DNA of 64,000 nt, taken from contig CAWCNS010000005.1 of NCBI GenBank assembly GCA_963796965.1, positions 192,001 to 256,000 on the forward strand, given 5' to 3'. The notes beneath the pieces are model-generated. The model was not told where the DNA came from and ran no database searches. It worked only from the letters and a program-made list of their open reading frames with translations. Source of the stretch: Calditrichia bacterium. Lineage in GTDB: Bacteria > Calditrichota > Calditrichia > JAJRVZ01. Positions 24,424 to 35,002 of this stretch are shown here, piece after piece (the first letter of the stretch is position 1; each line of letters opens with the position of its first letter). A program made the translations under genes and the position numbers.

Positions 24424-24489
24424 GGGCAAAGGTTTTTACCCTCTATCACCCTCCCATATAGATAAGAAAACCTTTGCCCATTTTTTTTT
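24424..24489 (+). terminator. Long hairpin with T-tract (terminator or 3' end of a small RNA)
   Basis: GGGCAAAGGTTTT / AAAACCTTTGCCC perfect 13-bp stem, then A and T9. Confidence 0.65.
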
Positions 24490-24597
24490 CTTCTCAAACT
24501 AATCCAAGGCGTTGATATCCGAAAGAGTATTGTATTTAGTTAAATATATATGTACTTTCATCGCCAAACTTCTAATCATGTGTAATATTAGGGATAT

Positions 24598-25215
24598 ATG
24601 AGTTCAAAGGTAATAGACATTAGGGTGGATAATCCGGATCAACGCCGCGTGGATCTGGCCGTTGATAAAATACAGAAGGGTGGAATAATTTGTTATCCAA
24701 CCGACACTGTATATGGAATTGGAACATCCATTACTAATGGAAGGGCTATCGAGCAGATTGATCGAATAAAAAGAATAGCAAATAAAAAGCTGTTGAGTCT
24801 GATTTGCAAAGATCTGAAAGATATCTCTCAATATGCCTATGTTTCCAATCAGGCATATAAGATCATGCGCAGGTGTCTTCCTGGTCCATTTACTTTTATC
24901 CTTCCTGCCACCAGTGAAACGCCGAAACGATTATCCCATAAAAGAAGAACAGTTGGTATTCGAATACCTGACAATCTTCTTTGCCAGGCCTTGGTTGAAT
25001 GTCTTGGTTCGCCCTTGATTAATACAAGTGTTCCTGCTGGCCCGGATGAAATTCTTAATGATCCTTATGAAATTGAGAGACGTATTGGAAATGATCTGGA
25101 AATAATTTTTAATGGTGGCATTCTTCTTTCAGAACCTTCTACCGTTGTTGATCTTACAGATTACGCACCACAAATTATTCGCGAGGGCGCGGGGGAAATT
25201 TCTCTGATTTACTAA
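24598..25215 (+). CDS. Sua5/YciO/YrdC family (L-threonylcarbamoyladenylate synthase-like)
   Basis: YPTDTVYGIG, PGPFTFIL, TVGIRIP, PSTVVDL, IIREGAG. Confidence 0.92.
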   Translation: MSSKVIDIRVDNPDQRRVDLAVDKIQKGGIICYPTDTVYGIGTSITNGRAIEQIDRIKRIANKKLLSLICKDLKDISQYAYVSNQAYKIMRRCLPGPFTFILPATSETPKRLSHKRRTVGIRIPDNLLCQALVECLGSPLINTSVPAGPDEILNDPYEIERRIGNDLEIIFNGGILLSEPSTVVDLTDYAPQIIREGAGEISLIY

Positions 25216-25240
25216 CCTCGTCTGTTAATCAAATAATCAT

Positions 25241-25330
25241 ATCCACCTATATCACGAATTTTAACGAATTTCACGAATTAGAAAAAATATAATAATAATT
25301 ATTTCTCTGCGCCTTTGCGGCTTTCTGAGA
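25241..25330. repeat. Chimeric repeat remnant: left arm of the 9-mer family plus right arm of the 8-mer family
   Basis: CACGAATTTTAACGAATTTCACGAATT then TCTCTGCGCCTTTGCGGCTTTCTGAGA. Confidence 0.65.
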
Positions 25331-25398
25331 AATATCTTTGTGATCTTTGCGTTAAATGAGTATATCCATTTTGTATAAATTATATTGAAAGTTGTAAG

Positions 25399-26265
25399 AT
25401 GGCTAAGATTAGAATTGGTACCTGCAGCTGGAAATACGAGTCCTGGAAGGGACTTGTCTACAGCGAACAAGCAAAGAAAAATTATTTATCTGAATATTCT
25501 CAAAAATACGATACTGTTGAAGTTGATCAATGGTTCTGGTCCTTATTTGGAGTTGATAAAGTCTCTCTGCCCTCTGAAAAAGTCGTCAAAGAATATAGTG
25601 AATCCGTACCGGAAAATTTTAGATTCACCATAAAGGTACCAAATAGTATAACGTTGACACATTTTTACAGAAAAAATAAGGCGGCATCATTAGAGGAAAA
25701 TCCACATTTTTTATCCAAAGATCTCTTTTTAACTTTTTTAGATACTTTAAAACCACTACACGACAAAATTGGTCTTTTCATGTTTCAATTTGAATATCTG
25801 AATAAACAAAAAATGTCCTCCCAGTATGAATTCCTTGATAAATTCGGGAAATTTTTAAATGAATGTGATCAAAGATTTAACTATGCTGTCGAGACACGAA
25901 ATCCCTACTACCTTAATAAAGGGTATTTCGATTTTTTAAATGATTTTAAAATGGGCCATGTCTTTTTGCAGGGTTATTTTATGCCTGATATAAATGAGGT
26001 CTATCAGAAATACGGTAAATTGATTTTTGAGACTTCTGTTATTCGTCTCCACGGTCCGGATCGGAAGGAAATAGAGATAAAGAGTAAGGGTGTTTGGAAT
26101 AAAATTCTGGATAATAGGGATGATGAAATATCAAGAATAACGAAAATTATCGAAGAATTGCATTCGAGACATCTTGATGTCTATGCAAATGTTAATAATC
26201 ATTACGAAGGATCGGCACCTTTAACAATTGAGAAAATCAGGAATCTACTTTTTGGAGAACAGTAG
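25399..26265 (+). CDS. DUF72 (YecE-like) protein
   Basis: IRIGTCSWKYESWKG, FRFTIKVP, IRLHG, NVNNHYEGSAP. Confidence 0.9.
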   Translation: MAKIRIGTCSWKYESWKGLVYSEQAKKNYLSEYSQKYDTVEVDQWFWSLFGVDKVSLPSEKVVKEYSESVPENFRFTIKVPNSITLTHFYRKNKAASLEENPHFLSKDLFLTFLDTLKPLHDKIGLFMFQFEYLNKQKMSSQYEFLDKFGKFLNECDQRFNYAVETRNPYYLNKGYFDFLNDFKMGHVFLQGYFMPDINEVYQKYGKLIFETSVIRLHGPDRKEIEIKSKGVWNKILDNRDDEISRITKIIEELHSRHLDVYANVNNHYEGSAPLTIEKIRNLLFGEQ

Positions 26266-26401
26266 AGACATTATTCAAAATAATTCTATTATCAGGGATT
26301 GGGAATCAGGAATTAAATCATAAATCCACTAAATACTGTCAATCCTTTATTTAATAAGGTAGAGATATACAAAAGCAGGGCCCTACATGAAAGAGAATCA
26401 A

Positions 26402-26444
26402 TGAAGACACCATGCCAGTTAATATTCAGGTGATGGTGTCTTCA
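26402..26444. terminator. Hairpin between convergent genes
   Basis: TGAAGACACCAT / ATGGTGTCTTCA perfect 12-bp stem. Confidence 0.6.
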
Positions 26445-26455
26445 CTTTCGTATGA

Positions 26456-27907
26456 CTAAAGTCTTTTCAAAAGGGCAAGCAAAAAATCCCAACAGTTGTT
26501 AACGGATGAAACCATAACCCGTTCATCAGGAGAATGTGCACCTTCAATAGTTGGTCCGAATGATATCATGTCCATTCCTTCATACTTCTCACCAATAATC
26601 CCACATTCCAAACCAGCATGTATCGCCTTTACCTCTGCTTCCTGCCCGGTTATATCTTTGTAGGCCTCGGTTGAAAATTTGAGAAGCGCTGAATCTGGAT
26701 TAGGTTCCCATGAAGGGTAACCCCCACCTTGCTCAATGTCAAAGCCGGCCAATTCACCGATGGCTTTCACTTTTCCGGCAATGTCCACAATAGCAGTGGC
26801 GAGCGAACTACGTTGACTTGTTAATAATTCAATTGAGTCTTCTTTTGTCTCAGCAATCGCCATATTTGTTGAAGTTTCAACGAGACCATCTACGGCATGA
26901 CTCATTTCCAGTACACCGTGAGGAATGGAATAAAGCAAACGGATAAGATTGTTTTGTAATTCCTGGCTCATGAATTTTGCGGCATCTGGCACATCTTCAA
27001 TTTCTATCGAGACATTTTTATCTGAAAATTGCAGCTCATTTTTAATATCTTTGTCAGTTTGACTTGCTAATGATTGAACTTTTCTGAAATCCGATTCGGC
27101 TATCGTTATAATAGCCTCTGCTTCCCGGGGAATTGCATTATGTTTATTACCACCATTAATGCTTGTCAAATTGAAATCAATCTCGGCGCTCAGGTTGTAT
27201 AGGAAACGGCTGAGAAGTTTTATTGAATTTCCAAATCCCTCATGGATATTGAGACCAGAATGCCCACCACGCAGACCACCTACTCTGACTAATATGCTTT
27301 TTGCCCCAACAGCAGTGGTTTGCCATTCTATTTTATGTCTGAGAATTGTATGCTGGCCTCCCGCACAACCAATATAAAAAGCACCTTCTTCTTCAGAGTC
27401 CAGGTTGATTAAAATTTTTCCCTTGACGAAATCAGACGTTAATCCGTTTGCACCGGTTAATCCGGTTTCTTCATCAACGGTGAAAAGAAATTCCATGGGT
27501 GGATGATCGAGTGAAGAGTCTTCCATAATTGCTAATGCATAGGCCACACCGATGCCATTATCAGCACCCAATGTGGTTCCATCTGCTTTGATCCACTCTC
27601 CATCTTGCACAAGTTTTATAGGATCTTTAAGGAAATCGTGTTCCGTATCGTTGTTTTTTTCGCAAACCATGTCGATATGCCCCTGAATGACAACGCCCGT
27701 ATTATCTTCCTTGCCGGAAGAGGCTGATTTACGAACTATAATATTACCCAATTTATCTTTCGTAAAGGGCAGGTTATTCTTTTTTGCAACTGATATAATA
27801 TAGTCACCGACAGCTTCCTCATCCCCTGAACCTCGTGGGATCTGGCTAATTGCCTCAAATTGTTGCCATACTGAAATTGGCTTTAATCCTTCGATTGTAG
27901 AATTCAC
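26456..27907 (-). CDS. pepD: Aminoacyl-histidine dipeptidase (M20C)
   Basis: QGHIDMVCEK, GADNGIG, DEETGLTGA, NLDSEE, GGHSG, IHAGLECG, AHSPDE. Confidence 0.95.
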   Translation of the reverse strand: MNSTIEGLKPISVWQQFEAISQIPRGSGDEEAVGDYIISVAKKNNLPFTKDKLGNIIVRKSASSGKEDNTGVVIQGHIDMVCEKNNDTEHDFLKDPIKLVQDGEWIKADGTTLGADNGIGVAYALAIMEDSSLDHPPMEFLFTVDEETGLTGANGLTSDFVKGKILINLDSEEEGAFYIGCAGGQHTILRHKIEWQTTAVGAKSILVRVGGLRGGHSGLNIHEGFGNSIKLLSRFLYNLSAEIDFNLTSINGGNKHNAIPREAEAIITIAESDFRKVQSLASQTDKDIKNELQFSDKNVSIEIEDVPDAAKFMSQELQNNLIRLLYSIPHGVLEMSHAVDGLVETSTNMAIAETKEDSIELLTSQRSSLATAIVDIAGKVKAIGELAGFDIEQGGGYPSWEPNPDSALLKFSTEAYKDITGQEAEVKAIHAGLECGIIGEKYEGMDMISFGPTIEGAHSPDERVMVSSVNNCWDFLLALLKRL

Positions 27908-28118
27908 CCAAAGCTCCTTTCAAACTAATATGTATATATTAACCGCAACACGGTAGAAGATACACATTTTAGTTATTAATACTCTTGTGTTTTTTGCCAT
28001 TATATTGTATTCCCGTCATTGGCAAGATCATTTCTTTGCGGTTAGATTGATTTAATTTAAGAAATATACAAAACTTATTTATATTTGATCAAATTGGTAA
28101 AAAGAAAATTCATAATTT

Positions 28119-28958
28119 ATGAAAACAGTTATTTCTGCATCACGTCGAACCGACATTCCTGCCTTCTACTTATCCTGGTTTATGGATGCCATAAGAGTTG
28201 GAGAGATTTCGGTTAATAATCCTCTGTACAGAAACACGATTACCCGGGTTGAGCTAAATCCTGAAAATGTTTCATGGATAGTATTTTGGTCCCGAAACTA
28301 TAAAAATCTAATAAAAAACCATTCTTTTTTTTCTGACTATCAATTGTTTTTTCATTTTACAATCATCTCTCATCATCGGGTTCTGGAAAAATATTTTCTT
28401 AAACAGAAGATAGCACTTAAACAAATCGCTTCTCTGGTGAAATTCTATGGTCCAAATCGAATAATCTGGCGTTATGACCCAATAGTTATTTGGAAGGAAT
28501 TGAACCAAATTCATACTAATTATAATTCAGAAAATTATAGATATTTATGTGAGCATATCTCGGGCTTGGGTGTTCACCGTTGTTATTTTAGTTTTGCAAC
28601 TCCCTATTTAAAATTCCGGCAGCGATTTAAAAAGAAGTCACCTGAGTCAATTCTACTTAGTCCGGAGGAAAGCAATTTGGATATAATTCTTAGAGATATG
28701 CGCGATATAGCAGCAGGTTATGGAATTTCTCTTTATTCTTGTTGTAATGATGATCTAATTGGAAACAATACATTTAAAGGGAAATGTATTTCTGGCTCCC
28801 TATTGAATAATCAGTATCCTGGTAGCAGGGTCAGCGAGGCAAAACATGCTACACGGCAAGATTGTGGTTGTACCCGTTCGATTGACATTGGGGACTATAT
28901 CAGGCATCCCTGTCCTAGTGGATGTATCTATTGTTACGCTAATCCGGTATGGGAATGA
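28119..28958 (+). CDS. DUF1848 family protein
   Basis: ISASRRTDIPAFY, WRYDPI, CGC..SIDIG, CPSGCIYCYAN. Confidence 0.9.
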   Translation: MKTVISASRRTDIPAFYLSWFMDAIRVGEISVNNPLYRNTITRVELNPENVSWIVFWSRNYKNLIKNHSFFSDYQLFFHFTIISHHRVLEKYFLKQKIALKQIASLVKFYGPNRIIWRYDPIVIWKELNQIHTNYNSENYRYLCEHISGLGVHRCYFSFATPYLKFRQRFKKKSPESILLSPEESNLDIILRDMRDIAAGYGISLYSCCNDDLIGNNTFKGKCISGSLLNNQYPGSRVSEAKHATRQDCGCTRSIDIGDYIRHPCPSGCIYCYANPVWE

Positions 28959-29117
28959 CTCTGTGAAACGTGAAAAGTAGGGGCGGACCCTATTAATATT
29001 CAATATTGAACAGGGAATATCCAAGTATGAAGTAAACGGATTGTAGGGGTTTTACGGTGATATGTATGATTATGAAAAACTATCCGGTATCCGGAATCGG
29101 GTATCGAACCTTCAGAT

Positions 29118-29727
29118 TTATACATCCAAATATTTTACCAAATCTTCCCTCTCGGAAAGATGTACAATAAGATCCTCACGATGCATATCGTCAATTCTTT
29201 CCTTGGCCACCTTTATAGGTACTTTATACCTATAACAGAAATGCCAGAGATCAATTGAGCCACGAAATGTCTCTACCAGAAAAGCCTCTTCAAAGGACAA
29301 GGTTATACCCTCATTGACTTTCACGCCAATATCTTCCATTTTTTCCATACCTTTAGGTTTTATATGACGTCCTGTAAACCAATAATTGTCAACACCAATC
29401 AGGTCACAGATAGGAAAACCATTGCTAAATTTTATAAAGTGATGCAAAAAATCGATACTAATGCAATAAGGTTCGGTGCCATCTTCCCATAAATCATTCC
29501 AAATGGGTGGGTCGTTTTGTTTAAGCCATTCAAAGAATTGTATCTCATCTTCAGGTAGGCTTCATCATAGCACGTCCATGGAAATGCTCTTCAATTTTCT
29601 TTGTTTTGGTTTTATCTAATTTTGATAATTCCTCAGTACTAAATTGTAGGCAATGATCCGACTCGAGCATCTTCTCCTTGGAGTCAATTAATTTTGAAAT
29701 ATATGATCTTTGTTTTTCTGTTGTCAT
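29118..29727 (-). CDS. Conserved-looking hypothetical protein, frameshift near 29555
   Basis: Fragments join as MMKPT/EDEIQFFEWLKQNDPPIWNDLW...FPICDL...IDLWHFCYRY. Confidence 0.6.
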
Positions 29728-29939
29728 CTTCTTCTTCCGCTTGGTATCGGTGGAAAAGTAAACATATTTACCAGTCAATGTCAACTTTCCTCTATTTTGG
29801 ATCGAAATGTCGGAGTTTATAAATATCTCATGGTTTAAATCTCTTTCAATTGTGTTGTCATTGGTGTCTGAGTGGATTAAATATGAGAATTTAATCGTTA
29901 AACTTTTAAACTAAATAATAACACGATATCATCTTCAAT

Positions 29940-30952
29940 ATGACTAAACAATACATAATTTCATATATGATAATGTTCCTGACAGGCTTTTGGAATTCAC
30001 CTGTTCCATCGTATAACAACAAGGAATTTTTTAAAGGTATGACCATCTCCTGTCAAACCTGGGGATATGAATGGGCTACACCGGAGATGAGGGAGACCAT
30101 GGTCGAATTGAAATCTTTGGGTGTCAATTGGATCTCAATCCATCCCTATGCCCGAGTTCGGGAAAGTGGAAGTGTGAGTCATAGAAAGAGTAAGTCTTCT
30201 GACCATATTCGCACTCCTTTGAATTGGGGAAAGGAGATTAAACCTTAATGTAATGATTAAACCTCATCTGGCTTATTGGGGAACAACGTTCAGTTGGCGG
30301 GGAGAAATTAAATTTACATCTGATTCAGACTGGCAATTATTTTTTAGAGACTATACTGCCTGGATATTAGAAATGGCTAAATTAGCGGAAGAAGGTCAAT
30401 CCCAGGTGTTTTGCATTGGAACTGAATTAACCCACTCGCTTCCGTTTAAATCAGAGTGGCGTTCGCTAATCAGAAAAGTACGCCGTGTTTATACAGGGAA
30501 ATTGACGTATGCTGCAAACTGGAATAGTCTATCGGGAGGTGACTTTTTGGGATGACCTGGATTATATCGGTATCCAGGCTTATTTTCCTTTATCAAAAGA
30601 GGAATATCCTTCGGAATATTTACTCAACAGGGGGTGGGATACTGTTTTTGAGGAAATAGAATCCTTTGCAGAAGAGCAAGATAAAAAGGTGATATTTACA
30701 GAAATTGGATACGATGTTTCAAATAAAGCGGCCAGCGAACCATGGGTATCTCAAAGATCATCAGAAGAGCAGGCGCGTCGATTACAGGAAACTTGTTTGA
30801 AAATTGCACTTTCAAGAACGGCAGGGAGTGAATATCTAAGTGGTATTTTTTTATGGAAATGGTTTCCTGAAACGCAAAAATTTCATCACTACGAGGATTA
30901 TAATCTTCAAACCCCTGAAATCAAGGATTTAATAAGAAGCATGTGGCAATAG
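29940..30952 (+). CDS. GH113-like TIM-barrel glycoside hydrolase, two frameshifts
   Basis: MIKPHL, FCIGTEL, LTYAANW, FWDDLDYIGIQAYFPL, VIFTEIGY, GIFLWKWFP. Confidence 0.8.
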
Positions 30953-30959
30953 TTCCAAA

Positions 30960-32810
30960 CTATTTTATCATCAAATTATCTATTTTCTCCTCAACTCTTT
31001 CTATTACTTTATTCAACTTATTAAGCGCGACCGTATCCAGATCACGAGAATGTGAAATCATTTCTTGAACAAATTTCTTGTCTTCAATCTCTTTCAAATT
31101 AATTAAAACGTTAAAAATTCCTCCTTTCACGCCGGTATAGGCTATTTGGGCGCCAACCCCTGCATCCGTCACAGAATTTATATTGCCTTTTTCAACAGCA
31201 ATGGCAGCCAGATCAATTGCCTGCTCACTATATTGTGCTGTGGCCATAGGTACTGCAACAGCCTTTTTCAAACCTGCCTGCAGAGCCTGATTTTTTATTC
31301 TTTTTTCTTTATCGGTTTTTTGTGGTAATCGACGTGCATCCATATAGGCGTTAAAGGCGTTTGTATCTTCATCAATTGCCTTAACTAATAGATCTTTAAT
31401 CTCCTGGGCCTTTTCTGCTACGGGTTTTAGATCGTCTTCCACCTTTTCCGACCCTCTTTTACCAATTGAGAGGTTTGCTACCATGGAGGTGAGCGCTGCC
31501 CCGAGAGCTCCTGCTAAGGCAGCAATGGAACCTCCTCCTGGTGCCGGAGATTCTCTGGATACTTCATCAATAAAATCATTAACGTTTAACCTAATAAGAT
31601 CCTTATCGGTTGAATTTGGCAAACCAAGAACACGTTCATCAATATTAAATTTTGCCACATCATTCAACCCAAGAGATTGGACAGCAATTTCTAGTATGTC
31701 TCTGTAAGGTATACCTGCAGAACGTTTTTGCTGATGCAAATAAAACCTGCCACTCTCAAGCAGGGCAGGATAGGGAACCATTCCGACTACTTCGCTACCT
31801 GTTACAATCAATCCCCGATCTGCTGCTAATTTTCGGGTTGTTTCAAGAATTGCATGCATGGGTGTGACTTTATAATTGGTTAGATTTATAGAAATCTGGG
31901 CCCGGTTGTATTCAGGTACCATCCAGCCAATTGCTTTTGAATGTTCAAATAGCCCTGGTTTTTTGACCGATTGTCCATCCGCGTGATCCGGATCAATCCC
32001 GTTTAATTCTAGTAGTTCTGATAAATCATACGCATGCTCCCGCTTACAATGTTCTGTTAATATGGGCATAGATGAGGCCTTAAAATCGCAGGTGCCACAA
32101 GGATATTCCCCCGCTTCATATTTAAGGATTTCGGTGCCCTTGTAATAAAATGGCTTAATGTTTCCTTTTCGAGCTGATCTCCCTTTTTCTCTCAACTCAA
32201 AAGCAATATCAGTTGCATATTTTGATTCAGTAGTGTTCAGATTGATATTATACGCGATAAGAAATTCCCGAACTCCTATAACTGTTGCGCCTGCTGAAGC
32301 ATTAAACTTAGTCGGTCCAAAGTCGGGTTCCCATTTAGGATCCTTAAGTTTGTTTTCCAGGGCTTCATATTCACCGGATCTGATTATTGCTAAATTAGTT
32401 CTTTCAGGTGACTGAGCAGATTTTTCATAAAGATATACAGGAATGTTTAGTTCATGGCCTACTCTCTCAGCAACTTCTTTGCTGAGATTTATGCATTCCT
32501 CAGTGGTAATACCGGATACGGGAACAAATGGGCATACATCTGTCGCTCCCATTCGGGGATGTGAACCCTTATGTTCGCGCATATCTATCAACTCAGTTGC
32601 TTTTTTTATCGCTGCGAATGCTGCCTCCTTTACGCCATCCGGGGAACCTATGAAGGTAACGACAGTCCGGTTCATCTCAAAACCGGGATCCACATCGAGC
32701 AGGCGAACATCACTTACATTCTTTATCTCATTTGTGATTTGATCAATAATATCCATGTTTTGACCTTCAGAAAAATTTGGGACACATTCTACTAATTGTT
32801 CTACCATCAT
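30960..32810 (-). CDS. ftcD: Glutamate formimidoyltransferase-cyclodeaminase (fused)
   Basis: VECVPNFSEG, HPRMGATDVCPFVP, LIAYNINL, SPAPGGGSIAALAGALG. Confidence 0.95.
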   Translation of the reverse strand: MMVEQLVECVPNFSEGQNMDIIDQITNEIKNVSDVRLLDVDPGFEMNRTVVTFIGSPDGVKEAAFAAIKKATELIDMREHKGSHPRMGATDVCPFVPVSGITTEECINLSKEVAERVGHELNIPVYLYEKSAQSPERTNLAIIRSGEYEALENKLKDPKWEPDFGPTKFNASAGATVIGVREFLIAYNINLNTTESKYATDIAFELREKGRSARKGNIKPFYYKGTEILKYEAGEYPCGTCDFKASSMPILTEHCKREHAYDLSELLELNGIDPDHADGQSVKKPGLFEHSKAIGWMVPEYNRAQISINLTNYKVTPMHAILETTRKLAADRGLIVTGSEVVGMVPYPALLESGRFYLHQQKRSAGIPYRDILEIAVQSLGLNDVAKFNIDERVLGLPNSTDKDLIRLNVNDFIDEVSRESPAPGGGSIAALAGALGAALTSMVANLSIGKRGSEKVEDDLKPVAEKAQEIKDLLVKAIDEDTNAFNAYMDARRLPQKTDKEKRIKNQALQAGLKKAVAVPMATAQYSEQAIDLAAIAVEKGNINSVTDAGVGAQIAYTGVKGGIFNVLINLKEIEDKKFVQEMISHSRDLDTVALNKLNKVIERVEEKIDNLMIK

Positions 32811-32905
32811 AACCTCTTATTTTTATGTATGCTGCAAATCAGCAACCTCAGCAACTGATAACTGCGTTGATTTTAAATTTTTTTTCTAATCTGATTAATC
32901 AATCT

Positions 32906-33062
32906 CTCGCACAGGTGCTAAGACGCAAAGAAAAATCCATCCACGAATTGCACTAATTTGAACGGATTTCACGAATTAAAACACTATTTTAAATATTAAA
33001 AAATAGAGTTAGTGAAATTCGTCTGAATTCGTGGATAAAATCTTTTCGCGTCTTTGCGCGAG
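32906..33062. repeat. Nested inverted-repeat element (8-mer arms outside, 9-mer CACGAATTT arms inside)
   Basis: CTCGCACAGGTGCTAAGACGCAAAG...CGCGTCTTTGCGCGAG enclosing ATCCACGAATT...TTCACGAATT / GTGAAATTCGTCTGAATTCGTGGAT. Confidence 0.8.
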
Positions 33063-33274
33063 TAAGGAACTATAATAGCGATTCAAAATATAGAAATATT
33101 TTGAATCAAATAATACAAAATTAGACTGTAATGATATATTTTTGCAAATTCTTATAAATATATCTAATGCATCGTTACAACTAATTTCGATTCGGAGTGG
33201 CTGCTTTTCAGGTATGGAGTCATTTGATCTTTATTTATCCATAATCGGGCATCCGGTATCCCGAATCTAACTAT

Positions 33275-33856
33275 GTGGAGTTTAAGTTGTCTAATAAAAA
33301 TCATACAGTAGAAAATCCCTGGAAAACTTTATCAACCAAAGAGATTTATCAGAATGAATGGATGCGATTACGAGAGGATCAGGTCATTACCCCGGGTGGG
33401 AAGCAAGGAATATATGGTGTAGTAGAAACCTCACCCGCCATTGGGATTGTTCCTATAACAGAAACTCTAGAGACCTATCTGGTCGGCCAGTACCGTTACA
33501 CACTTCAAACCTATTCATGGGAGATACCAGAGGGAGGGGGAGAACCAGGGGAGTCACACATGGATGCTGCAAGAAGGGAATTGCGGGAAGAAACAGGCTT
33601 AGAGGCTAGGGAGTGGACTGATTTGGGTACAATGTATACTAGTAATTCCATCACTAACGAAATCGGATATTTATTTCTCGCTGAAAATTTGGAACTTGGA
33701 GAAGCTGAACCTGAGCATACAGAAGATTTATCTGTAAAAAAAGTACCTTTTCTGGAAGCATATCAACTGGTGTTGGATTATCAAATAAAAGATTCTATGG
33801 CCATCATTGGGATTATGCGTACGTACGAACATTTAAGAAAAACGGGGAGAATTTAA
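33275..33856 (+). CDS. NUDIX hydrolase (ADP-ribose pyrophosphatase-like)
   Basis: Nudix box PEGGGEPGESHMDAARRELREETGL; QYRY. Confidence 0.9.
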   Translation: MEFKLSNKNHTVENPWKTLSTKEIYQNEWMRLREDQVITPGGKQGIYGVVETSPAIGIVPITETLETYLVGQYRYTLQTYSWEIPEGGGEPGESHMDAARRELREETGLEAREWTDLGTMYTSNSITNEIGYLFLAENLELGEAEPEHTEDLSVKKVPFLEAYQLVLDYQIKDSMAIIGIMRTYEHLRKTGRI

Positions 33857-34021
33857 AGGAATTCACGTCAAAAATTTGCCACAGATATCAAGGAAAAAGT
33901 AAAAAAGAAAAAGGAAAAATCATTTAGCGTTTCAATCTCAATATTCGTTTTTTTACTTTTTACCTTTTTACTTCTCTGCCTTTACTGGTGTGCATGGTGA
34001 TTGGTATTAATTCGTCTATTA

Positions 34022-34990
34022 TCAGTTTTCCGATTTGCTAAATTGGCTGTAGGAGATTTTATATTCAATCTCTTTTGTTGCATCACCGGTACTCACCATC
34101 CACTCTTTCATAATAGACCGTAAACACAATTCTAATTCTTCGGAGCGGACGGATGCATTTATAACTTCCACAAGGCTAATCTCACCACTTTTTATTATCT
34201 GGATTTTACATAATAGAAAGTAATCCTGAAGATGAGTAGAGTCCAAATGAGTTTCAATGCAATCTATTATATCTGTACTATCACGCAAAGTCCTCTCCTG
34301 CAACTCAGCATAGATGTTCGGAATATTTATTGAACGCCCGGATGCTCCGAGCATTGATCCCGGGCTTGACTTAGTCAGGGCAATCTCAGGGAGGCTGTTG
34401 TCAGCGATTTCTTCTGTAGCTGAATAAGCAATTCCTGCGTCCTCCACAGATGCCTTCTGTTTATCGCGTTCACTATCAGTTTCTTTACGAGAAGTACTCA
34501 TTTGCCTGGGTGTTGTAGGTGCATCCTCCCCGGATCCTGAAATAATTTTGGTCGGGGGGGCTTCGTCTTCAGCCTTAATCCTAATCTCTTCTTGGGCGGC
34601 AGGAGCAATAGGATTTTGTTCGTTCCTGTCTTTTTCTTTTTTTGAAAGTGTGTTGATTTTCTGAAGATTTTGCGGAGCAACATTAAATTGATAATAGATA
34701 ATTAACGGGGTTATAACAGCTACTAATAATATCGCCGCATAACGTATCATGATAAAACGTGTATCATTCTGCTTTTCTAACCGTTTTTGCAGTTTAGTTT
34801 TTATCTCACTCCGGGCAAATTCACTGATGCCCCTCTTGAGAGCCTTCTCAAGTAAAACTGCCTGGGCGTGCTTCTCACATTTCTCGATATGTTCTTCGAA
34901 ATTTTTTAGTAAGTCACCTTTTAATCTTCCGGCAACATACTCTTCGACGAGCATTTTTTCATCGATTTGCCGGCAAAAATCATTGCTCAT
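34022..34990 (-). CDS. Anti-sigma factor (HxxxCxxH zinc site, one TM segment, TonB-C/AgmX-like C-terminus)
   Basis: FEEHIEKCEKH, TM YAAILLVAVITPLII, C-terminal IIKSGEISLVEVI...LELCL...W; follows an ECF sigma. Confidence 0.7.
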   Translation of the reverse strand: MSNDFCRQIDEKMLVEEYVAGRLKGDLLKNFEEHIEKCEKHAQAVLLEKALKRGISEFARSEIKTKLQKRLEKQNDTRFIMIRYAAILLVAVITPLIIYYQFNVAPQNLQKINTLSKKEKDRNEQNPIAPAAQEEIRIKAEDEAPPTKIISGSGEDAPTTPRQMSTSRKETDSERDKQKASVEDAGIAYSATEEIADNSLPEIALTKSSPGSMLGASGRSINIPNIYAELQERTLRDSTDIIDCIETHLDSTHLQDYFLLCKIQIIKSGEISLVEVINASVRSEELELCLRSIMKEWMVSTGDATKEIEYKISYSQFSKSEN

Positions 34991-35002
34991 ATCAACCCCT
35001 GT

